The position numbers and the translations under genes were made by a program. DNA of 57,597 nt from contig JAVECL010000083.1 of assembly GCA_051942245.1 (NCBI GenBank), forward strand, positions 1 to 57,597. The letters run 5' to 3'. Below are positions 1 through 12,397 of this stretch, in pieces. Each line of letters begins with the position of its first letter. Within the stretch, counting starts at the first letter, position 1. The notes beneath the pieces are model-generated. The model was not told the origin of the DNA, made no database searches, and worked only from the letters and a program-made list of their open reading frames with translations. The stretch comes from Trypethelium eluteriae. Its lineage: Eukaryota.

Positions 1-499
1 GGTGGGGTTGAGGCCGGCACCGAGTGTGTTGGGACAGAGTGGTCCGGGAGCGCAGGCGATGAGGGAGTTTGGGGAGAGATTAGGAGGGGAGAGGGGCAAG
101 GCGGAGGCGGAGGCAGAGGCTGGAGCGAGGGCCAGGAAGGAAGGGACTCTGAGGTTTATGGTGGTTTTTGGGAATGTGTAGTTGAGAAGGTCAACGTGGT
201 CAGGAAGACGATGTGCTGGAGATTCGCTCTTGACGATTTTGAGTTTTAGCGGGGAACATAGATACCAAATTTGCTACTGCATAGTATGGCGCTTAGAAGC
301 TGCTTTTAGTATGACTTGGGATTCTCATAATAGCATTTGCGGCATTGCAAATATGGTTTAGCTACTTTGAATGAACACGATATATGCTCCGATAGCACGC
401 AAGCAACCTAAGCTTGCGGCATGGCAGCACTGCAACAGATATCCACACAAAGTCATGTATTGATCAGGTGTTTGAAGTATGTCGTCCCGCACCCACCTT

Positions 500-2672
500 T
501 CACTTCTTTCCGAGCCCTACGTCCTCAGAGACCCCTGGCTTGACCTCTATTCCGACCTCCTCCGCAGCCGCGGCTTTAATCTTTCCCCTATCCTTTTCCT
601 CTTTCATAAACGGAAACGAGAGTACCTCCCGAATACTATAATTATCTGTCAGGAACATTACCATGCGATCGATGCCCATGCCGAAACCGCCAGTAGGGGG
701 AAGAGCATGCTCAAGCGCATCAAGGAAAGTATGGTCGATAAGCTGGGCTTCATCGTCGCCTTGGGCTTTCTGTAGGGCTTGCTCTTCGAAGCGGAGACGC
801 TGGTCGAAGGGGTCGTTCAGCTCCGTGTATGCATTGACGATTTCCTTTTTGCAAACGAATGCTTCGAAGCTGAGGAAGGCGAGTTAGTGCATGTCGGCTT
901 ATGGCGTTGTATTGCTATGAGAGGAGACTTACCGTTCGCAGATGCCTTTGTCGGAACGATGGTATTTTGCGAGAGGACTCATCATCTGGGGGTGTCCGGT
1001 AATGAAGGTAGGATTTATGCATTTCTCCTCAATGAATTCACCGACGAGCTTGTCGATCATGCGAGCATTAGTGAGTGGGGGACTGCATTCGACGTTGACT
1101 TTCTGGAGGACACGCTTAAGAAAGTCATTGGTTTCTTTGGTGTGAAGTTGATCGCCTGGAGGGAACTTTTCGCCAGTAGCTTCTTCTAGGGCAGGAATCA
1201 TCTCGACACGTTTCCATGGCTTAGCCCAATTGACCTCAAAGGTCTCTCCTGTTTGAGTATGATAGGTGGTGTTGTGCCCACCGGTGACGTGCTGTACTAG
1301 GCCAGAGACAAGGTCTTCGGTCATCTCCATAATGTCGTACATATCTGACATCCAAAAATCAGTTTATACGTATAGGAACAAACATTAGCAGATTCAATAC
1401 CTGCAAACGCTTGATAAAATTCCAGTGTGGTAAACTCGGGATTGTGCGTCAAGTCTGCTCCTTCATTCCTAAATTGCCGTCCTATTTCATACACTCGCTC
1501 AAGACCACCGACTATAAGCTCTTTGAGGTATAACTCAGGTGCGACTCTCATGAATAGCTCTTGATCGTACTCGTTGTGAAATGTCGTAAAAGGTTTCGCG
1601 GTTGCTCCTCCTGCAATCTGGTTCATCATTGGAGTCTCGACCTCAATGAAATCTCGTTGGTCAAAGAACCTAGATAAGGGCCTCACAGTTAATATTAGAG
1701 ATTTAACACGGCGAAGAACCGAATTATTACCTCCGAATGCGGCTGATCATCCTGGAGCGAGTTGTGAGAGTATTCCTTGTTTGGTCGTTCATGATAAGGT
1801 CTAAGTATCGCCGACGATGTCTCTGTTCTTGATCTTTAAAGCCGTAATGTTCCCCTGGCAATTGATGTAAACATGGGCTGAGAAGTATTATCTCCTGGGC
1901 AAAAATGCTCAGCTCTCCTTCTGCCCGGTTCTTCGGACTCGTCCTTCCAGGGAAGCCCTTGATGCCAATGACGTCGCCCCTTCGAAGGTGCTCGTGTTGA
2001 TCAAGAAATGGTATGTTGCTTGTTGATTCCTGTGACTGGCACATGACTTGTATTCTTGCACCTTCAGCGCGAACATCGTAAAACCGTAGATTGGCACCTG
2101 ATGCACGCTTTGTATATATCCTCGCACCTATTCTCACCTCCACATCTTTACGAAGTTCACCGGTCTTGAGATCTTTATATTCCTTCAAAAATTCTCGTAA
2201 ATCAGTGTTGACGTGGAATTTATGTGGATAAGGATTCGGCCGATGGTTCTCCCTTAGCTTATTGACTGCTCGACTTCGGATCTCGAAATATTGATTGGGT
2301 GTGAGGTCTTTCTCTTCGTCCTCGGCATTCCCAGCTTTCGGGGTCTTTGGAGGTGCAGCAGCAGCCTTTTCAGCCCTTTTCGCGTCGAGTTGTCGTTGCT
2401 TCTGGCGTTTCTTCACTATGGTACTAAATCAACGTCATTTTCATTGAAAGGCACGAATTCACCTACACTCGGATTTAGAGACCCGTTCGCCGGTTTCCTT
2501 CCGAAGTCAATTCCTAAAATCGTCCAGGTGAAGCATTCGAAAGTAAACAAACCTCATCAAGATGTAGATTTTGGCCTTCTGCGCCGCCCGCTGGTGGAGC
2601 TGAAGCTGCAGCTTGCTCGCGGCTCTGCTCCGTTAGAGGCAGGACAATGCCATTCTTGGTCTGTTCTGCCAT
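500..2672 (-). CDS. KRS1: Cytoplasmic lysyl-tRNA synthetase (class II), multi-exon
   Basis: ORF pieces 1727-2416 ([10 protein letters not shown]-fold, [12 protein letters not shown]), 1321-1686 ([36 protein letters not shown]), 929-1351, and a last exon read by hand ([20 protein letters not shown]...[13 protein letters not shown]). ATG at 2672 (MAEQTKNG...), TGA at 500-502. Short GT..AG introns join the pieces. Confidence 0.97.
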
Positions 2673-2740
2673 GACTGCTGGGAGATTGGGAATGGGAAGC
2701 GCAGATCGACAGGTTTATGTTCGTACACTACCGAAAATGA

Positions 2741-2761
2741 CGACTCACGCGAATTGACTCA
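2741..2761. promoter_or_regulatory. Gcn4/CpcA (cross-pathway control) binding site(s) upstream of KRS1
   Basis: Perfect TGACTCA at 2755-2761 and a one-mismatch CGACTCA at 2741-2747, ~70-90 bp upstream of the KRS1 ATG. Aminoacyl-tRNA synthetase genes are known Gcn4/CpcA targets. Confidence 0.55.
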
Positions 2762-3123
2762 ACGTCGGCGTGGGGTAGCTTAGGTGGACCCCCGTGGTTT
2801 ACCCGTCAGTCCCAGCTTTCATTTATTACGGTACTCTAAAGTACGGGGGGAGATGCTCTGATCAAGTCCCCTCCACACATCCTCTATACACCCTTTCAGA
2901 AATTCGTCTTGGCCACGAAGCACCTGAAAAATGTACTTTGACAGCGATGGTTCTTATGATGATGGCGGTCTTCTGTCGGGGAAGTCAAGTGGGGGTCCCT
3001 AGCATTAACTACTTTTCAAACGGTAGGCGAGAATATAGCGACTGGATGAACTGATGAGGGAAGATTAGAATGCCCGCGTATCTTCATTAGAAGCGAGGTG
3101 TAATTTGCAAGAGCTACTATCCT

Positions 3124-4596
3124 CTAATAAGCCATCACTCTCTCACTCCAACAATCGATCTTACTGCGTAGACGGCCTACTGCCCTCGCACTAATGCTAT
3201 CAGAAACATCAACGGACTCCGCATCCCACTCATCCACTTCTAGGACAGTACGAGAATCACTGTCTTCAGACTCACTTAGATCATCTAACCAGGAACCGAT
3301 ACACTCATGATGGATTCTCTGTTCAACCTTGCCCCCTGTCCACTCGGAGTACCCATCATCAGATCGATCTTGGAAACGAGACTCGTCGTCTTCAAAATGC
3401 CGGATCCCAGCGTCAAAGGCGCATTGCCTAGCTTCGTCGTATTCCGCCTCGGCGTTGATGAGCTGGCGGGTGACTTCGTGTTTCCTTCGAGCATGGAAGA
3501 CATCAAAGTCGGAAATGTCGTGCTGATGCTCTCCATCGGCTAGCTCTTCGAGAAACGCCACTTTATCGCGATAGTAGTTCCCGTCCAAGCCCTCAAATTC
3601 TTCCCTGATGTTGGCAAGAATCGCACCTTTCTCATCAAGATCCTGCCTAATGTTCATCAACAACAGTTCGCTAGCCTGCGGATTATCGGTGCTGCGCTCG
3701 GGCTCATCACTCAGGTTTGAATATTTCGTGAAGAGGCTACCTTGATCGCATTCAAGATGGGGTTCTTCCAGTGCACGACTGATCGAAATCAACTCTTCGT
3801 CTTCGACGAGTAACCCGGATTCTCGAAGAGGCTGTGCCAGGAGATCTTGATATGCTGTTTCATGAATTCTGTTCGATATGGATAGCGTTTGCACATGCTC
3901 CTGCAACTTCTCGAGCCTATTTGCCACCAACTCCAACATCCTATCAGCCCTGCACTTCAGGGTACATTCCTTAAGAATCTGCTTCCTGAGGCTTTCGATG
4001 TCGGTCTCTTGCCTTTGGCTTGGGTCCCCTTGTTTGCTGCGGAGCCGGGAAAGCTCAGCATCAATCTGCATGCTTGTATGCTGCACCATGGCTTTGTCGA
4101 TTTCTGATGCTCGGATCAGTTGCTCCGCCGCAGAGATCATCCTACTAATCTGCAGCTTTGTTTTAAGCTGTTCCACCAAGTCTACCGACAGGAGCAGAGC
4201 AAAGTACTGAGTGGTGCCTTTATTGGCCACGAATACTTCTGGAGCTCTCTCACTCAATACTGCTCCTGTAGAACGTCGGTTGTTTTCTTCTTCAAACCCT
4301 CGGAGGGAGTCTGTTGCGTTGCCGATGATGTTGAAATTCCATTCTGGCTGCGACTCGTCAGATATTCTGCTATAGCTGTATCCTGCGTCCCTCAGATTGT
4401 AGGGATTGGGATTTGCGCCGCTCTGCTGTTCAAGGCGTGCGGAGGCTTCTGCTGGGAAGTCCGCTCCGATCGGCTGCGCTTGAGGTACAGAGAGGACACC
4501 TGTTGATCGACTTTCCATTGGTTTGGTTGTACATTTTCTTTTTCTATCTCGCCTCCAATTCTTCCACCAATTGCGCATTGTGGCTAGTTGTCTCAT
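3124..4596 (-). CDS. Cassette gene A1: uncharacterised coiled-coil protein with acidic C-terminal tail (candidate antidote)
   Basis: Intronless 490-aa ORF sharing blocks with A2-A4: VFVANKGTTQYFALLLSVDL, YQDLLAQPLRESGLL, FDVFHARRKHEVTRQLINAE, ESRFQDRSDDGY, VDEWDAESVDVSDSIS. Confidence 0.85.
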   Translation of the reverse strand: MRQLATMRNWWKNWRRDRKRKCTTKPMESRSTGVLSVPQAQPIGADFPAEASARLEQQSGANPNPYNLRDAGYSYSRISDESQPEWNFNIIGNATDSLRGFEEENNRRSTGAVLSERAPEVFVANKGTTQYFALLLSVDLVEQLKTKLQISRMISAAEQLIRASEIDKAMVQHTSMQIDAELSRLRSKQGDPSQRQETDIESLRKQILKECTLKCRADRMLELVANRLEKLQEHVQTLSISNRIHETAYQDLLAQPLRESGLLVEDEELISISRALEEPHLECDQGSLFTKYSNLSDEPERSTDNPQASELLLMNIRQDLDEKGAILANIREEFEGLDGNYYRDKVAFLEELADGEHQHDISDFDVFHARRKHEVTRQLINAEAEYDEARQCAFDAGIRHFEDDESRFQDRSDDGYSEWTGGKVEQRIHHECIGSWLDDLSESEDSDSRTVLEVDEWDAESVDVSDSISARAVGRLRSKIDCWSERVMAY

Positions 4597-5098
4597 TGTG
4601 GGAGCCGTCCTCTACGGAATTTTCGCGAAGCAGACAGACCTGCTACGAGTAGGCCTTCGACGCTTACACGAAGGATTTCGCAAGAAAATGTCAGGCCAAA
4701 TTTCGCCTTCGCATAAGGCGAGCACTCTCAGAGGTTCTTTGAACGAGGAAGAATTGATTGTATAGCGGTATCGGCTTGAGTGTTGCCTAAGATATACTGC
4801 TGAAGATTTCCTGGCTCCGGACTAGCCTAGCTCTTTGTGCCCTTTTAACGCGCAGTTTCATGGCTTACGTAGCAGGTAATCGGCGGAATTCATATCGTAG
4901 GATCTTCGGTCATTCCCCACGGACTTCTGAAAAATGTCGCAATTACTGTCAAAGTTCATGACTTTAAGTCAAGGTATTCACAAGCACTTAACACAGCACA
5001 AAGGCCTTGGCTCGACCTGTTAAATTGTACGCAAATTCTCTGAACATACATTCGTCATTAGTACTTGACAAAGACGCTGTGACACACTCTTAACAGTC
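4597..5098. promoter_or_regulatory. Putative bidirectional promoter of cassette 1 (A1/B1)
   Basis: ~500 bp between the divergent ATGs at 4596 and 5099; the same spacing recurs in the other three cassettes. Confidence 0.5.
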
Positions 5099-5965
5099 AT
5101 GGCTCTTCCTCAGTACTTTCCGAGGTCTTCAAAGTCGAATGCTGCTGATCAACGCCCGAATTCGGGACTGCCTGCGAAACGAAATCCCCGAGTTATTATT
5201 ACAGCTTGAAAAATATCCAAGATCCCGGAAACAGGCGTCACGGCACCTTCAAGAGGTCTTATACCGGTGGCTAGGACTACATCAAAACTCTCGGTAGCTC
5301 CGCAGCATCTAAACGAAAAACACCACACAAGACAGCAGGGATATGAACTTCCAGATAGGGTTTTTCACTTGCCACAGAGCTGCACAGGGAACTCGACAGT
5401 GTACGACTGCTACAAAAGGCAAGACGGGTGGATTTGTGGTATAAACGAAGTCAAACGAGGCATCCAAGAAGGAGCAATCATCCTCGCCATGCATGTCGGC
5501 CCACTGCTCGATACGAGCATTGCGCCAGGGCATGGAAACCGGGCAGAGAACGTTGGCGGGGCTCTATTTGCTAAGAAACGCTTCTTCATCATTTTATCGA
5601 AGCATGAGCGACATTTCACGGCGATTCCGATATTCACTCATGACGGCAAAGGCATCCAGCAGTTTCATCCAGAGCTGCGGCAAGAATACGTTGGCATCTC
5701 AAGACTGGGACCAGAAAGGGCTAGCAATGCGCCTCACTTGCCTCTGTTGCTCGAAGCTGGCACAAGATGGCAGATCAAACCAGAAGCACATGCTCATTTT
5801 ACGAAACCTTACTGCATTGACTATTCCTGCCCAATTCTGCCCAAAGGTTACATCACGATGGAGAGCCTTCTGCGTCTGTGGGCACTATACAGAAAGGGTG
5901 GTCGCGCGAACACGCAAGGCTCTCTCGATGAGACAATGTCCAGCCTTGCTCTTACAAATTTATGA
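5099..5965 (+). pseudogene. Cassette gene B1: PemK/MazF-like (DUF6590-like) protein interrupted by one in-frame TGA
   Basis: ATG at 5099 (MALPQYFPRSSK...) is in frame with the 5267-5965 ORF but a TGA lies at 5207-5209. Core: EGAIILAMHVGPLLD...RAENVGGALFAKKRFFIILSK..RHFTAIPIFTHDGKGI...AHFTKPYCIDYSCPILPKGYITMESLLRL. Confidence 0.65.
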
Positions 5966-6830
5966 CATGCTGGCCCTACTCGTCATAGCCAAGTCTGGGC
6001 CATCTCCTATACACATTCACAATGACTCTTGGTGATTTCTGATTCTACATTTTGCAGAGGGTCTGCTTTCGAGAGGTGGGAGGGGTTTATTACATGAATC
6101 CAATGTGTGAATATTACTGCAGTAGCCATCAGTTCTCAATACAGCTCCCTTGAGTGGTTTAAGCATCCGAGACACTTTGCCACTATGATCTTCCAAGGCC
6201 ACTCAGATTTGAACTGCCTGGAGCCGGGTACCTAGACTTTATGGATCTAAGCAACGATGCCGCATAACCTCAGAACTAAACATGGCTCTACCCTCTATTT
6301 CCCCCTGTCCATACTAGTACATAATGGACTCGAATCACCAAAGCCATAGCTCGGGCTCCCTTAGTGATATTGTCAGCTCGGACCTTTGAATGGAAATACG
6401 AAGCTGTAGACCATAAGTGTGCGCTTCTATGCTCTTGCCATAGCAGCTTGGTCTTGGTATACTCCGAAGAGTGCCTCTTCCTTAAAACTCCTACCACTCT
6501 CACATTCTCACTTCTTTCTTGCTTCATAGAGCAAGTCATTGAAATCTCAAGAAGCGATTACACCAACTGAGACAACTACCTAAGTACAGACGGTCTAATG
6601 ATGTAATGATCAACGCGCAGGGTTCTTACACGCCAGTGGCAATTGGCGCAGCAGTTCCTTTCGAGACGGGCTGCGGGCTTCTAGCGGAATCGGGTAAGAC
6701 AGGAGTCACGGTACGTGGGTCTAGAATCCCGCTTAAATCTGGCATATGGCAATTCCCATAATACCATGCACTTTTCAGTTCTCCATCTCAGCCCGAGCAG
6801 TCAAGGGATGCTGGATGATTCTGCACGGGT

Positions 6831-9800
6831 ATGACCGACAAAGGCATTACGGCCTTGGTACACGAACGAGAGACGTATCGGTGAATTTGACGATTCCACT
6901 TTTCGCTATGCCCTCACTGATCGGAATCTCACAATAGTCATCTTGACTTGTCTGCAGTTCATGGCTTCGTCGACAATGCAAACGACCCCATCCCGCCAGC
7001 GCGCCCTGGTCGTGACCGGGCTTTGACGGCTTTTGCACAGTTAGGCCTGCTACGGTTGGGTGCTCATCGCGCGTTCGTCTCCCTCTTTGACCGTCGCTAC
7101 CAATATGTAATTGCGGAGACAACTGCCTCCTCCACTCTGAGGAGCTCCCCAGATAAGCCGACCGACGAGAACCTGCTTCTCTGTGGCCTCGCCTTTCCGC
7201 ATTCTCAAGGAGTTTCGAGTCATGCCCTCGAAGTCACTTCCGACAGCCTGGCAGCCTGTTCTACAGGAGGTGGGAATAAGGATGATGCTGCATGGACGAT
7301 GCCAGTGATCGTCGTGCCCAACGTGCAGGTCGACAGTCGCTTCGCATCCAGCCGCTTCCTCAATGCGCACGAGGACATTCGGTTCTATGCTTCGGTCCCA
7401 ATTCGCAGCCCTGCTGGCTCCCTCATTGGTGTCTTCTCCGTCACAGACAGCAAGCCGCGCGAGGCTCTTGGCAATACCGAGGCGGACTTCTTGCGAGACA
7501 TGTCCTCAACAATTATGGATCACCTGGTACTGGTCCGCTACAGACAGGATGAAGCTCGCGGTAAGAGAATGATGCGTGGTTTAGGAAGTTTCGTTGAAGG
7601 CATGACAACCATAACCGGTCTCTCCTCGGATCAGTGGTCAACTCGACCGGGAGGCGATGCCGGTCAGGAGGGTATGCTGAACGTAGCTCAACAGGCAAGA
7701 ATGCACGAGGAAACAGGGCTCACTAATGGGGAGGACAATGCTACTTTGCAAGACGTGCACGGTACACAGTCGTGCTTCGCCCCGGAATCATCATCACCAC
7801 CGGCGTCGCCAACTTCCAACTCTGCCGAACGACGGGCGTCAGGTGAAACCGACGTTCCGCACCGCTTTTTCAAATCTGTATCGGAGTCACCGTCGCTGGC
7901 CGGCTCTGTCAAGTCAGGAGGAAAGTCAACATCGCTCACGGGGACGCCTAGTCCAGCGCCTTCAGCGCATGACATTCGCAGCCTCTTTTCCCGCGCTGCA
8001 AATACTATTCGCGAGTCCATTGAGGTTGAAGGCGTCTTATTCTTCGATGCTAGCGTCACCACGTATGGAGGCATGATAGAGTCTGAGCGGCATGACTCTT
8101 GCGACACAGGCAACTCACACAACTCACAATCGTCTTCGAGTGGAGAGGAAAGCGTGCGATCTGTGAGGTCAGGGTCAAATAGAAGATTTCGCGATGATAA
8201 GACGTGCGAAATTTTCGGTTTCTCCACGACCGGAATCGCTAGCATTGATGGCGACAAACCCAATGCTGAGCATCTTGCTGTGCCAGAACGCTTTCTCCAC
8301 CTACTGCTGCGACGGTATCCCGAAGGCAAGATCTTCAATTTTGATGAAGAGGGGGTACCGCTTTCCGATACTGAGAGCGATAGCGACCATCAGGATTCGG
8401 CGAGCAGCGCAACTGCGGCGACTACTGATGGGTCGTCTCGTGGTCGCCGTCAGCGCCAGCAGTCTTTCGCTCGCAGCAAAGAGCCTTCTTTCATTATCAA
8501 AGTTTTCCCCAATGCTCGTAGTGTTCTTGCTTTCCCGCTCTGGGACTCGCACAGGTCACGTTGGTACGCTGGTGGTGTTGCGTGGACGCGCACACCTACC
8601 CGCGTCTTTTCTGTCAAAAGCGAGCTTAGTTACCTCCGCGCGTTTGGTGCGACAATCATGGCTGAAGTCGCCAAGATTGATGCACAGCAGGCGAATCGGG
8701 TGAAGACAGATGTGTTGGGATCCATTTCGCACGAGCTGAGATCGCCGCTGCATGGCATCCTTGGGGGCGTGGAGCTGCTTCAAGAGACGAGCATAGACGT
8801 CTTTCAGGATAGCACCGTTCACACCATTGAAAGGTGCAGCATGACGCTACTGGATACTATTAACCATTTGCTCGACTATGCAAAGGTCAACAATATCATG
8901 CGGGCATCCAAAACGAGACGGCAGACGCCACGGCGCGATGGTGATAGTCAAGCTTCCAATATGATGGACCGCAACTCAACAGCTGTAGCCTGGGATGTTG
9001 ATGTTGGTTCCATCATAGAAGAAGTTGTCGAGAGCGTCTTTGCCGGTCATGAATTCGAGGCATCCAGCAATTCTTTAGACACTCAGGCAGACCTCATGTC
9101 TCCCGACCCGACCGTTAAGGATTTGGACACGGAAGTGCTGAGCAAGCAGATTGAACCCACTTCCAGAGGAACGTCACATGATCAAGTCAAGATTATTCTC
9201 GACATAAGTCCAGCGGCGAGCTGGAGATTTTCCACACAACCGGGAGCAGTGCGACGGATAGTGATGAACATATTCGGTAATGCGCTGAAATACACTGTGG
9301 GCGGGCATATCAAGGTCACTGTAGATCAGAAAGAGTTGCCAGGGAAAGGTGCACCTATATCAGAGGTCAAGATTATTGTTGAGGACACGGGCAAAGGCAT
9401 CAGCAAGGAATATCTAGCTCATCACCTCTACACTCCTTTTTCACAGGAGAATTCCCTGTCACCTGGTACAGGCCTAGGACTCTCGATTACGCACAAGATT
9501 GTCACATCACTCGGTGGCACCATTGATGCACAGAGTGAGACAGGTAGGGGATCGACAATGTCCATCTCGCTCCCTCTACCTCATTCCACCTCTGCCGAGA
9601 CTTCCCACGAGAATAGTACCTTTGCAGTCTTGATTAGTCGCACAAAAGGTCTCCGCGTCTCACTCTCCGGCTTCAATAACACTGTTGCGTTAACGGCACA
9701 AGGAATCCCAAATAAGAGCAAGGATTGGCAGTTGCCAAGGACAGCTATTGCACGTCAGTGTCAGGCCTGGCTGTACATGGACGTACTGCCCTCGACAGAG

Positions 9801-10819
9801 ACTGCCATAAAGCCGGATATCTACTTGGCAACACTCGCAGGCGCGGAAGCCTTAGCCGACATGAACAAGGCCGGCGTCGTCATCCAGCCCGTTGTGGTGA
9901 TTTGCCCGAGCGCAGCCGTTGCCCGCCATCTCTCCACCACGTCCAGGACCATAGAACGCAATGGCGTGTTTGAATACATTGCGCAGCCGTAAGTCTTGAT
10001 CACAAATCTTCACAAAATAAGAATTTCTAACAATGCCAATTTAGTTGTGGGCCTCGGAAACTTGCAAAGACTTTCACGCTTGCACTCGACCGCTGGGCCG
10101 ACATTCAACTTGAACAAGCTAGTCAGATGCTCGGGCGATTACCTGGGGCCTTTTCTTCTTCCTCTGTTCATACACAGGAGCAACCTGATGAGGATAGTAG
10201 CTCCATCGCTCAACGCAATGTAACTACCTCTGCTTCCACCTCACCTTCGATAACCCCGTCAAAGGCAACATCGAGCCCAACTAACTCGATGGAACATCAG
10301 CCACATCCACCGCAGCCCATTTCTTCGCGTGACCCGGACCTCAGTCCAAAATCGACGCCTGACGTGCTGCCACCACCATCCGCTCCATCAGCTGCCTCGC
10401 CGCCCACGCCAGACTCAGACATAGCACCATACCTAATCGTCGACGACAACGCCATCAATCTCAAGCTTCTGAGCACCTACCTCCGCCGGCAGAATCTCCC
10501 TGTCGCCACCGCCACGAATGGCGCGCTCGCGGTTGCGGCCTATCAGGCTGCGCGTGGCGCTTTCAGCTGCATCTTTATGGACATCCAGATGCCGCAGCTC
10601 GATGGTGTCGCAGCATCGCGCGCTATTCGCGAGTACGAGATGCGCGAGCGGCTTGATCCCGTGTGCATCGTGGTCCTTACGGGCTTGGCAACTAAGGAAA
10701 ACATCCAAGAGGCCAAGGCGAGTGGGGCAAATGAGTTCTTTCCAAAGCCGGTGCGGTTGAAGTTGCTGGATCCGGTGTTGGGGCGGGCGAGGAGGAAGCT
10801 TGCTGGGAAGAGCGCTTGA
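6831..10819 (+). CDS. Hybrid sensor histidine kinase (GAF - HisKA - HATPase_c - receiver)
   Basis: GAF region (ALTAFAQLGLLRLG, IRFYASVPI), H-box SISHELRSPLHGILG, N-box RIVMNIFGNALKYT, G1 VEDTGKGIS, G2 GTGLGLSI, receiver LIVDDNAIN...IFMDIQMPQLDG...FPKPV. Introns 6881-6937 and 9989-10044 restore the frame. Confidence 0.95.
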
Positions 10820-11419
10820 CTGAGGATGTAAGTGTATACAACGCTTTTTATGGATTGGCATTACTATGGTGTTATAGATGGTGTACGATTAAGCAAAGCC
10901 GCAATCGGGATTGCATTGACATATGATTGAGATGACTTCAGCAGAAGCCAAACTCACAAAATAACGACCATTATCGGTGGTAGAGTCGAACGTTCTAATC
11001 GACGAGATGCAGTCGCTCTTTGATGAAGTACCTTGGAGACCCAGAGGAATTAGTATGTACGACCCTCTAATGCTTTGAAGGCTGGGATGACTAGAACAAG
11101 AGTCAGCTCTCTTTGCTACCGCAAGGACTGCGATTGGTGTACGGCTTTGTCCCCCCTTTGTTTCAACACAGGTTTGTTGGAGTATCGAGGTCTTCAATGA
11201 AAGCTTTGACAAAATTATGCTTTTCTTTATCACGCTGCACTCGACTTTCATTGATGTAGCTTTTAGACACTACAGGTCCGAAGTGTAGGTTCACTCAACC
11301 TGACCTTGACTAGCGATTGCTTTTTTTTTATATGTGTGACCTGCTGCATTCGCTTTCAGAAAGATGTATACAACGGGGTCAGCGAATTTTAGACATCCAT
11401 TTCTGGCCTGGCGCCAAGA

Positions 11420-12397
11420 ATGGAAATCAGTCTCTGTCACCAAGCTGCTGCAGGTCAGCAGATACAGGCCCTACTCAAGGACCCAGAAGTCTCATTTGGA
11501 ACTCCGATCTGCATAAAGCAATCACGCAGAAAGGTGGGTCTCTCTAGAATGAGCGCGAATCTCCCTAAATGTACTACAGTTTCGACCCCTACCTTAACTA
11601 CTCTGAAGACGAGAGGTACTAAGAGAAAGCGGGAGAGCACTATTCAGGAAGAGTTACTTCCATGCAAACGTCTTGAAACTTCTCAAGCTACAACATCCAA
11701 CCCAGACCTTCCAAAGCACCTCGATCACCAGCCTTACGCTGGTACTTCAGTCTGGGATCAACATCCAGCGAAAAAGAACTGGATACATGGAGCGAAAGAG
11801 ATCAAATCCCAGCTTCAGGTTGGAACCATCTTTCTGGCTCCGTGCGTTGAGCCTCTTTTCAATCCAGCTATTCCAATCGGCCATCGAGATCGAGGGGAGA
11901 CGCGTATCGGAGCCATTTCAGCAAAACGCCGCCCCTATATTCTGTTACTCAAGTGCCAGGCACACCTTGTCGCCATTCCACTGTTCACCTTTCAAGGAGA
12001 GGGAATCGGGAAAAAGACACGGCAAATGCAAGAAGAATACGTAAGTGTGGTAAGGCCTGGTGATCAAACGTTACCGCAAGGGCCACATGAGTCTCTTATC
12101 GTCGAAGAAGATACCACATGGAACGCAGGTGAGATATCCGTAGCTCATTTCACAATGCCACAGGCAATTTCTTATTCCTGCCCAGTCCAGCCCCTCGGTT
12201 ACATCATTCGTGAAAGCTATATCCATCTTTCATCCATGTACAGAGAAGCGCTTATTAGCAACCTTGATGAGAATATGGAGGAGATGGAAAGAGAGATCGA
12301 GGCAGAGTTAAGCGCAAAAGTAAATGTGGTCGGAGGAGTGTCGACATTACCAAGCCAAGTGGAACAAACTGTAGGTGGGAGCTCACTTTTCATTTAG
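11420..12397 (+). CDS. Orphan cassette gene B2: PemK/MazF-like (DUF6590-like) protein
   Basis: Intronless ORF (ATG 11420 or 11549). Core: YAGTSVWDQHP..KNWIHG...VGTIFLAPCVEPL...RGETRIGAISAKRRPYILLLK..AHLVAIPLFTFQGEGI...VAHFTMPQAISYSCPVQPLGYIIRESYIHL. Confidence 0.85.
   Translation: MEISLCHQAAAGQQIQALLKDPEVSFGTPICIKQSRRKVGLSRMSANLPKCTTVSTPTLTTLKTRGTKRKRESTIQEELLPCKRLETSQATTSNPDLPKHLDHQPYAGTSVWDQHPAKKNWIHGAKEIKSQLQVGTIFLAPCVEPLFNPAIPIGHRDRGETRIGAISAKRRPYILLLKCQAHLVAIPLFTFQGEGIGKKTRQMQEEYVSVVRPGDQTLPQGPHESLIVEEDTTWNAGEISVAHFTMPQAISYSCPVQPLGYIIRESYIHLSSMYREALISNLDENMEEMEREIEAELSAKVNVVGGVSTLPSQVEQTVGGSSLFI

Noticed and set aside
414..1189. Plus-strand ORFs 414-641, 479-775, 663-887 and 779-1189
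   Set aside because: Antisense shadows of KRS1 exons.
5493..6035. 180-aa alternative-frame ORF overlapping B1 as a nested second gene
   Set aside because: No counterpart conserved in B2-B5 and no recognisable motif.
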